From Orbicella franksi (taxonomy: Eukaryota): a stretch of DNA of 64,000 nt. Location: positions 2,232,001 through 2,296,000 of the forward strand of contig OZ116710.1 in assembly GCA_964199315.1 (NCBI GenBank), written 5' to 3'. A model generated the notes under the pieces. That model was given only the letters and a program-made list of their open reading frames with translations. It searched no databases and had not been told where the DNA came from. A program made the position numbers and the translations under genes. Positions 11,892-21,464 of the stretch are shown piece after piece (position 1 is the first letter of the stretch; the number at the start of each line of letters is the position of its first letter).

Positions 11892-12497
11892 CTATAATTG
11901 TTCAGGAAAGACTTCTAAACACTGAATATGATAATTTTTTCTGTCATTATTGTCCCAAAATTCTTGGTCGGAGGCGCGATAACAAATTGCAAACTCCATG
12001 TGTCGATTTACTTCAAAGTCATGAGGTACAGTGACACGAAAGCTAAACTTGTCTGTTTTTCCATCCGTACAAGAGGACATATAATCAGCCCAAATGTCCC
12101 GATACGTTGCCCAGCCGTTGAATGTGAATCTCACCGTAACCTCTTTAATGAAAGATAAATTTGTCACTCGAATAAGCCCAGTGACAACAAAGTTTTCGCA
12201 CGCAATGTTCTCCAAGCAGACATTCTGGCTGTAAACTCGCTTCATAAAATTGTCTGTTTGTTCTGCAGGTCGAACGAAGCACGGGAACAGACATTTTATC
12301 CGTCTCCTTGGCAAATTTTCGTTGATATCACAATGACTTTTCCTCGCACCGATCGCGGAGCATAGGTTGTCATCGCTGCTACATGGAGTAATGATTTTAA
12401 CGAATTCAAGCTTGAGTCCAACCAGGTCCGCAAAGCAAACTTTTTTCGTCGCGGAGGTTGGACTGGGTAGCCCAGAGCCTTGTCCGTCCGCCTTCAT
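11892..12497 (-). CDS. PPP1R3: Glycogen-targeting PP1 regulatory subunit, copy 4 (201 aa)
   Basis: KKVCFADLVGLKL (RVxF variant). CBM21: GLIRVTNLSFIKEVTVRFTFNGW, DKFSF, EFAICY, FWDNNDRKNY. Confidence 0.93.
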   Translation of the reverse strand: MKADGQGSGLPSPTSATKKVCFADLVGLKLEFVKIITPCSSDDNLCSAIGARKSHCDINENLPRRRIKCLFPCFVRPAEQTDNFMKRVYSQNVCLENIACENFVVTGLIRVTNLSFIKEVTVRFTFNGWATYRDIWADYMSSCTDGKTDKFSFRVTVPHDFEVNRHMEFAICYRASDQEFWDNNDRKNYHIQCLEVFPEQL

Positions 12498-12565
12498 TGC
12501 TGTGCAACTCTCGGACGATTAGTTCTCTAATAGGTGATGCTGTTGTTCGGGCGAATTCCGACAGA

Positions 12566-13251
12566 TGACGTCAGCTTCGGAACCTAAGATTGAAGGTGGA
12601 ACGAAATTTTCCACCATAAACGACTTATATTCTTGCTAGCACACTCCATAAAAAGAAATTGATGTTTTTTTTTAAAGTGGGAACCAGTTGTTTTTCATTG
12701 CTTCTATATAATTTTAACCAGCCAGAGCGAAACAAGAATTGACAACCAGAGCAATGTTTATCCAGGGAGCTCGCCGAAGTAGTTTTGAGCAGAGCTCAGT
12801 AAAGTCACAATAATACGAGATTTTTAAAAGAAAATTGAAAAATTGTTACTTACGGTTATCCCAAAGCTTTCCTTTCACTTTTAAAACAATTGAGACAACA
12901 TTCCCCAGATCATGGAAAGCAAATGTTCTCCGGACAGGCATTGGCACACTTTGCGGCACGTGCGAGAAATGAATCGGGTTTTATAACCATGGTTTGGAGG
13001 TCAACAGTGACGTCAGTAAAAAAAAACGTGTCATAAGTCATGGAGATGGAAACAACTGCGGGAAAGGAATGTAATGGAACTTCGATGCTTCCACCTAATT
13101 TCCTTTCATGTGAACACCCGCTATAGTCGAAGCAGTCGCATCTAACAATTCGTTAACTTTCGTGGAGAAAAAGTTAAATTATATGAAAAAAAGCAATGTC
13201 CATATATGCAAATTTTAATTCAGTTTCAAACAGCGACAATATGTGACGTCA
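12566..13251. promoter_or_regulatory. Three CRE palindromes upstream of PPP1R3 copy 4
   Basis: TGACGTCA at 12566-12573, 13008-13015 and 13244-13251. Confidence 0.6.
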
Positions 13252-14830
13252 CACCTTGAATCGTGCGTGAGCAAGCGTCGCGCGCTGACCGTGAAATATC
13301 TCGAACAAAATATTTTTAGAAGCCTTTTCTAGCTTAAAGTTCAAGTTCACCACTCTTTGAAATATACTCAGGCGTGACACTGTTGGACATCTAGCGGAAT
13401 TGAATCAATGATCTGAATGTTGTAGGGTTTGATTTGGGACGCAACACCATCGTGAGCATTAGCTGTTATTTTCGTCGTTGACCGGAAGAAGATGTCTCTC
13501 TTAATGGAAACATCAAAGGTAATATCAAAAGAGTGCCGATGAGAAAACTGACAGCCTTCAGGCCTTGTTTTTCAAGTTTATTTTTTATTGACATTTTTTT
13601 CTCGCGCGAAACTTTCCGCCTTAAAACTGTATTGGACCACCACTGTCTACACTGAAACACTAATCAAGTTGCCTGGTTGGTGAACAATGCGTGCTGTTCG
13701 GTATTATTCTTTTCTCAGAAGTCATCAGTTACCAAACTGAAGTTCCATATATATTCTAAAAACCCTTGCTCGTAAAATTTTGGTGGTTTGCACCACTAAA
13801 ACGTCGAACGTGAAGAAGGTATCTGTAGCAAAGTAAAGCTTAGTTGTGTTGACCCATCACTTTCAGTCTTGACATAAGAACATCAATACCAACTAATGAA
13901 TTTACATACATGTAATTTCACTGTCATTTCAAATGTAAATCTACTTGAATATTATACGTATATCTTACCTGCGCCGGAAATCGTGCCTGTTCGCAGACTA
14001 AATACATTATATTACATGAAGGGAGACTTCTCACGTGAGGGGCGCGGTACGGGCGATCGCGAGGATGGTGAATCCCGCCTCTGACTGGTGACTTCCCCCT
14101 TAAATAATTGGTTGAAATGACGTTGTTTTAACCACAAAACAGAATGTTTCGCGACAATCTGATGTCCTGAAATTCAATAAAATATGATTCCGACTGAAGC
14201 CGTAAAATTGGAAGGTAAACAGTACAACATCACTTATGCAGTAAATCATGCACGAAACGGTCGTTACTAGTTGATACAATCGACATCTTAACTCTAGTCC
14301 TAGGCAACAAAAACATGTTTTATTTCAGGGTTTCCCTGGAAAATTTCTCTAGCAACTTGCGTGGCAGCAGAATTATAAGTTGCACAGGTATGAAACTAAG
14401 TATAAGATATATACTTCCAGAACTCTCAAAATTCAAGCATTTACTCGATGTTTCCATGGCGACTGTCTGTCCATCCAAATTTGGAGGCTTCTTACTTAAT
14501 TTTCTTAGTTAAATTAACAAAATTTTTAAAACTTTCATGGAGTTGCTTCTAAACTGTTAAGACTTTTTACCACTGTTTTTGGTTTTAATTCGTTTTTAAT
14601 GGTTTTATGGAATCATGAAATTCAGGATAACGCATCCAAGTGGTTGGCTGTTTGGACACCATTAGGTGACTAATCATACTATATGCAACTTACTAGCACT
14701 GCGAAGCAGTTTTATACATTGAGTTTCTTTATCATGTTATTATAATTGAAATTACAAGCGAGGACAGTCCCCCCTCCCCTTAGTAGAAAGAGATGTCTTC
14801 TCGCCTGAAGGAAGCATCAGTTATTATCCA

Positions 14831-14972
14831 AGGAAGCGGTAGAGCACTCAAGAAGTAGGGAAAAACACTCGACTACGTCTCGTGTTTTCCCCTACACTTC
14901 TTTCGTGCTCTACCGCTTCCTGCGTGCTTTACAACAGAACAGAGCACAGTCGAGGCTTCTTTATTTGTTAAA
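14831..14972. repeat. Short hairpin-forming interspersed repeat
   Basis: AGGAAGCGGTAGAGCAC (14831-14847) pairs with GTGCTCTACCGCTTCCT (14905-14921), with further internal pairing. Confidence 0.65.
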
Positions 14973-15659
14973 CTGTTTTTGAGTGCCACGATTTGAACAC
15001 GTGTATTCTTCAAGATTTGACAGTTTTTGACACTGATTGTGATGTCCATATTTATTTAATTTTCAATTCTAAATTTCTAATCTGTACAACAAAGGCGATT
15101 TCCGAGTTCGTTGAATTGTACTGTTAGAATATGTCTTATCTTCTTTGTTTCAACTAAATGTTTAATACCACGAATTTCGAAAAATATTCTCTAACATATA
15201 AATTTACATTTCATATAAATAACTGATTGATATCTTTAAGGGAATATGATTTTGTGTTCGCTTTTAGCATAAATTAAACACTAACTCAAAAGTTCGTGAA
15301 TACCGTAAAATAATGTAGTTATTTTAAGGAAATATCGTCCTTTATATACTTTGCGGAGAGAAACAGCCAATTTCCCTCTCTCTTCAGAAACGTCTTGAGA
15401 CAACGAATACGGAAATACAACAAGTGTATTCTTGGTAACAGACTAATTTCAGAGGTGAATTATGTTGACCTGAAATTATGGTAGATATGTACCTGACAAC
15501 TCTTTGCACAAATAATATTTGGAGTTGTAGACTCTAGCTACTTTGCTTGCAAACACAAAATCCTTCCTATAGCTCTGAACGGTTTGTTGCTCAAAATGAC
15601 AACAAGGAGAACTCGACGTGGACTACTCAGTTAATATATGCACAGCAAGGTCAGGCAAA

Positions 15660-16265
15660 TTATTTATCGACGATGGTGTGAAGAAAACATTCCGCACAAT
15701 AATTTCGCTTAAAATTGTTGTCCCAGTATTCTTTTCCTGCCGTACAATATCGAATGGCGAACTCAAGCTTTCCCCCAACATCCAAGTCTTGAGGAATCGA
15801 AATTCTGAACTGAAATCTGTCGGTTTGACCATCCGATGATTTCGGCACATAGTCTGCCCACACATCACGATAGCTGTGCCATCCGTCCACCGTATATCTC
15901 GCTGTTACTTCTTTAGCGAAGGCAATGTTTTTTACTTTTACAGTCCCAACCATCGCAAAGCCACAGAAAACAACGTTCTCCAGACACACATTTCGCTCAA
16001 TCACGCGATCAATAAACTTTTCTTCGGACGCAGGTTGGGTGAAGCAACAACTCATTCGTTTTAGGTGAATCGGCGTTGAAATATGGCTTAAAATATCCAA
16101 CTTTTTATCAAGCGATAGGTCCTCCTCGCTGTTTGCCGGCGTGATCATTTTCACTGACACCAAATCCTGGCCGTCAAAGTCTGCAAAGTGAACTCGCCGT
16201 TTCGAATCCAAACTCGTTGGCGAGTGTAGCGGCGAGTTCGCCGTATTCTCCTGTTGTTCTTTCAT
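15660..16265 (-). CDS. PPP1R3: Glycogen-targeting PP1 regulatory subunit, copy 5 (201 aa from first in-frame ATG)
   Basis: RRVHFADFDGQDL. CBM21: GTVKVKNIAFAKEVTARYTVDGW, DRFQF, EFAIRY, YWDNNFKRNY. The track start at 16346 is TTG; the first in-frame ATG is 16265 (MKEQQE). Confidence 0.92.
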   Translation of the reverse strand: MKEQQENTANSPLHSPTSLDSKRRVHFADFDGQDLVSVKMITPANSEEDLSLDKKLDILSHISTPIHLKRMSCCFTQPASEEKFIDRVIERNVCLENVVFCGFAMVGTVKVKNIAFAKEVTARYTVDGWHSYRDVWADYVPKSSDGQTDRFQFRISIPQDLDVGGKLEFAIRYCTAGKEYWDNNFKRNYCAECFLHTIVDK

Positions 16266-16478
16266 TACCTTCACTGATACATTTCCCCCCAAACAAGGAA
16301 AGCAAACGTTATTATTGGAATCCAGGACTAGTTTAAGCGTGAACAACCCGTTGATCGTTACATTATGTCATGGCGGCTTTTGACTGCCGCTCCTGTACGC
16401 TAGCATATTTACATTCTTCCTCCGCAGTGTCCGTGACTTAGTGCATGTATGACTGAATCGAATCTCTTTCAGAAAGCG

Positions 16479-16486
16479 TGACGTCA
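16479..16486. promoter_or_regulatory. CRE palindrome upstream of PPP1R3 copy 5
   Basis: TGACGTCA ~215 nt upstream of the ATG, plus a TACGTCA half-site near 16529. Confidence 0.55.
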
Positions 16487-19400
16487 TTTGCATGTTTATG
16501 AGGGATCCCGTCAAGACTGTCCATCACTTACGTCAACAACCCAAGAAACCACAAAACCACAAAGCGATACTGTCCAGAATTCACATTCACTGTGCAGAGA
16601 AGATAAGTTGTACTCTCATTTGACCGAGCAAAGAAAAACTGGAAGTTCTAAATATATCTTTTGAGTGTAGAAGTCAACGGAATATTGATTTAACTTTTTG
16701 TTATCGAGTTATCAAATCTGTTTCTCTCAGACGTCTATGAAATGTCGGACCATTTCCTTTTACGGGATCGAGAACAATTATCTGAGAAGAAAATGTCAAT
16801 TTTTGTTGATGGAAGATTCACCTTAGCAGAAGTGTCCGCATGAGTTCCACTTCCGGTCCTTTCCTTCCCTCTAGATGACTACTAGATGGCGTGTTTACTG
16901 TGGCATCCAAATCAGGAGGAAAAAATAGACTCATTGGTTAATAAAGGTGATAATAGTTTATTTACAGCACAAAAGTGAAAGCTACTTACATAACCTTCAG
17001 CATTTGTCTGTAGAGAACCTCTCTCCCTTGAGGATCGTACACTGTATGTTAATTTTCAGATTATTATAATAAATATGCTTAAAATATACTTCAAGGACTT
17101 CATACAGAGTGGACTGAGCATACCGGCAGATTTGTCTGCTTTCAAATTATGTGTGTGTTCACAGGATATGTATTTAAGTGCAACAATGTGCCTGTAATAA
17201 TTAAGAGTGGGTTTTACTAAATTATGCTTGCTTGATGTGATGCTACACTGTTTCAGTTCAGCAGGGCTCATAATTTCTATTTCACACAGAAGGAAAGGTG
17301 AAGCCCTTACTATCCCTATTAAGAAAATATTTGAAGGCAGGAATCACAAAAGAAAAAGAAACCAATCAACTTTCAGGAGAAGCAATGCATTGCAACCTGC
17401 ACCACCAGCAAATAATAATTATCAAGTGCTTGGATTAACAGAGCTAATCAGAAAGCTAGGGGTAAATATGAAGGACAAGTCAAAAACAAAAAGCGGAGAA
17501 ACATTGTCGCATGTGAATCAGGGGATCAAGTAATTAAAACCAAATGATTTGCAAGTTATACTCAGTGTTTTCAAGCCAGTCATCCAGGATTATACACTCA
17601 AGAAACTGGAACAAATAACAATGTTATTTTCTTTTAATTTTTTAATTTTAATTTTTGTGTTTTTGTCACTGAAAAACACCAAATAAAATCACTGTGATAC
17701 CATGTTACTGTATATCTTTTCATATTTTGCATGTCCAGTTGCCATTATAAAATAATGCAAAATTTTGACTATTGTTGATTTCCATTGCATTATACTCATA
17801 ACTGTACAACCATATATTTCCTCAATTAAATACACATCTCCCATAAGTGCCCCTCCATAACCAGCTGGGCTCAGTTAAACTTCTAGCTAAAGTCCATGTC
17901 TCTCAGCCCTAAAAACCACTAAGAAGGTGGATAATCCACATGTGATAAAATGTTATTGTCCAACATCAAACATGATTTACGGTCAAAACCAGCCAAGAGT
18001 AACTCCAAAATTATAACCACATAAAAAATAATTTAATAAACATATTTTGATTTTCGTTCTTTATTTAACACTATTCTAATTCCATTCCAAGGTGAAGTTT
18101 TCATTGTGCAATTAAACTTAAAATTTAAATGTTGATTAGGATAATGTCTGTTTTCAACAGCCATGTGAGAATGTTTAGGGATTTTAAAAGGTCAAGAACA
18201 GTTTTTTGCCAAGTTTCTGTTCTCTATTTATCATTTTGACCCCCTTGAACTCAGTTGAAAAACATGCCTCACATCTATTTTTGTAATAAAAATAGTGTGA
18301 AAGTCAAAACAACAATACTGCATATACTTTTTAGAAGAGCTTAGCAGTGCAAATTTGGAGTAAGTTCTTAGGTATCATTTAAATCAATATTGAATGACTC
18401 CATTCATACAGTGTAATCAACAATATTGCAATGCAGATTGAAGCCAAATTTGTTAACATATTCATTACATTATATGTTATTGAGAGGAATTATACTTGAC
18501 TGGTTTTGACTTTAACCATGAAACATGGAAAGTGACAATTAGTAGAAAGAGCTGAAGTGCTTCAATTGAATAATACCAATAAGGTGTTTAATCCAAATAG
18601 GTTCAGATTGTTCGCTTTAAATTTTAGAAGTTCAAAGTATCAATGCTTCTCATTCAACCATCAAAACAATGATGGTCTAAGACAAGTTTCTCCGTTTCTA
18701 AACCATCATTGACAGTGTAGAACAGTCTGTTCAATGATAAAGAAAAATTCATGCAAGAGCAATGTAAATCTGGTGCATGATGATTAAAATAGAGACATGG
18801 TTTGAAGTCTAGTCAAACGACTATGCTCTTGTCTAGCCAACAGTTCTTTTTCAATGTACCATAAATGCCGGCAGATAAGCTGCACCTAATTACTCAATAT
18901 TTTCTCAACAAATTTAGGATGTGGCCAATGTCTGGGAGAACATCTGGACAGCGTGACATAAATTTGCATAAATTAATGCTTTCCATTGAAACTAAGTCTG
19001 TATGGCAAACTAAAAAGAACTTCATCACACTATACCAGAGTACGCATTGATCATTGTGTAAATTGTAAGTTTGGTGGCTTACATGGGTTTACATTCCATG
19101 AATCAACGAAATATGTAAGCTTATACATGTAACACATCTTTCTTAAGACTCCACTTCTGATTTATTTTGATATCTTTTAAAAATCCTTTTTTCCAAAATT
19201 TGCGTTCCCAAACTCAGGGTGCAGCTTGTCTACAAGTACGGCTTATCCACCAGGGTTTATGGTAATTACGTTGTGGTTGAGTGAGTTCATCAGCCATACA
19301 TTTTTTAAGCAATGTTTTGAAATGTCAAGCAAAGAATCCAAACCAAGCTGAAGCTAAAACTTACTCTTAATTTGACTGTAATACCTACTATGCAGCGCTG

Positions 19401-20624
19401 TATTTACAGTAAGCACAATGCTAAACCCTAAAACAACTTTCCTCATCCAAGGCAAATCTGATCTAAGGAGCCCTTAAACAATAATCAGTAAGTAGGTACT
19501 ACTAATACTTGTTAACTACAAATTACTGTTCGGAAAAGCTCATGTTATACACTTGCCAGCACTAGGAGAGAGGAGGAGATGCATTTTGGTTGAACCTGTC
19601 ACTCATAACATCATTATGGTGTGTCAAAATGTGGTATGTACGTGTTAAAACGGTGCAATAGGTGCAGTAACAAAGTAAATAAGGGCTGTTGACCATGTGT
19701 CACCCTGCTGTAATGCCCTCATACTGACACGCAGACCACTCAGTATCTGTGGCATTACTTGGTTTATGCTTCACATGTACAGTACATGTGTATTTGTCAT
19801 CAAACTTGCCATAACATCTCTGTAAACTTTCAATGACTCATCAGCAATTTTTTGTTGCTTTATCAGCAAAGTTGAGAAATTTAGCCATGTGGGTAGACAA
19901 GTTTGCTGATTAAAACTTTGCTCAAGGATCATCATACATAATATAGATTAAGACACATTTTCTTTCTATCTACATCTGTAACACTCAATGATGCATAGAA
20001 GTGCTGAAAAATGCAGAATAAAAACATATTTTTTGAATAAACCCTAAATGTTACAGTCCTGTGGTGGCTAATCCCCAAAATGCATGTTGCTATTAACCTT
20101 TTTAGAACTCTTAATCCTTATTATTTGTATGTTTCTTATAGCCAGTTATAAAACATGGCAAGTCGAACAAGTGGTAATGTTCCTTGGAATGCTGATCCCA
20201 CAGCCATTTGATAGATGAAATTTAAAAGCTTAAAAGGTTAAAAAATATGCGATCACTTGCAGATGTCATGTTTTAAAACAGATATTATGATCTTACAATA
20301 AACCCACAACACAGAGCACAGGGACGAGCTCTAACTCACGCAATATGAGACTTGTGACATGTTTATCTCGCTTGATGGGTTTGCATAAGAACACATTATC
20401 ATAATATCTTTCAGTTTCAAGATTGGACCCCAAAAATTTACACTGTTCTTTCTAGTGTTATGGCTTTGGTTTTTTCTATATCTTTTTCCTGTTGATGGCG
20501 AAGTGGAGAAATAAAACCTACTACAAAAGGCCATGCATGTGTTACTTTCAGGCCCACAATGGATGTGCCATTGTCCTTTCCACTTTTGTCCTGGAACAGA
20601 ATACCGATGTTCGCTTCGACCTGT

Positions 20625-21464
20625 TTACCGTGTACAGTTAAAAAGGTTTGCCATTCGATTGAAACCACCGTTCGAAGCAGGAGCCTCTCGACACTCGATG
20701 CGATAGTTCTGACTGCTGTTATTGTCCCAAAACTCCATACCTTCACCCCGAAAGCGAACTGCAAACTCCAATACTCCTCCGGAAGCGAGAAAATATTCTG
20801 GAAGTGTTAGCGCAAACGAAAATCTGTCCGTTGCACCATCGTTTGATTCAGGCACATAAACCGCTTGCAAATCACAAGATGAAATCCAGGCATCTAATGT
20901 GTACCTCACACAGACGCTTTTATGAAAGCAAATGTTTTTAACCTTTATCGTTCCCCAGATAGAGTTTTGCGAAGCCACAGCGTTTTCCAGACACACAGTC
21001 TGAATCTCTAGTTTGTCTCTGAAGTCTTCCGAAGCAACCGGTTGTGCGAAACATACATGTAATGTCTTCTTCGCTCGCTGGAGCTCCCTTTTGGTCATTT
21101 GTAATGCCACGTGTATGTTATATTCATCATCACTGTAAACAGAAACAAGCGGCTTCCCGCAGCCATCCGCAAACTGCACGGATTTTTTCCTCGGTGCAGG
21201 AAGCGAGTGATGCTTGCGAAGAATAGAATGGCAGCCGTTTTCACCATCATTGCCATCCAATTCATCGTCTTCTGAAAACGGAGGGAACACCGAATTCACT
21301 CTTCTCAGATGGGGCCAATCGACCATGTTGACACAGCGACTTTCGCTGCTATCACAATCAATTCCGTTGCTCATTTCCACCGCTCCCGTCGCTAGATGAT
21401 TTTGTTCAACTCCGCATCGCGCCGGCGGTGGAAATAAAACGAGCGCTGAACGCAGGGCACGCAT
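20625..21464 (-). CDS. PPP1R3: Glycogen-targeting PP1 regulatory subunit, copy 6 (279 aa, most canonical)
   Basis: SILRK (SILK-like) followed by RKKSVQFADGCGKPL. CBM21: GTIKVKNICFHKSVCVRYTLDAW, DRFSF, EFAVRF, FWDNNSSQNY. Longest N-terminus of the array. Confidence 0.94.
   Translation of the reverse strand: MRALRSALVLFPPPARCGVEQNHLATGAVEMSNGIDCDSSESRCVNMVDWPHLRRVNSVFPPFSEDDELDGNDGENGCHSILRKHHSLPAPRKKSVQFADGCGKPLVSVYSDDEYNIHVALQMTKRELQRAKKTLHVCFAQPVASEDFRDKLEIQTVCLENAVASQNSIWGTIKVKNICFHKSVCVRYTLDAWISSCDLQAVYVPESNDGATDRFSFALTLPEYFLASGGVLEFAVRFRGEGMEFWDNNSSQNYRIECREAPASNGGFNRMANLFNCTR

Noticed and set aside
14280-14470. Perfect X-box GTTTCCATGGCGAC (14450-14463) and a nearby CCTAGGCAAC
   Set aside because: It appears to lie in repeat-like DNA far from any start codon, with no ciliary gene adjacent.
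16849-16892. CTCF-like motif CTACTAGATGGCGT next to an ETS site
   Set aside because: It is a single motif that is equally YY1-like, and CTCF is reported to be restricted to bilaterians; no support for an insulator.
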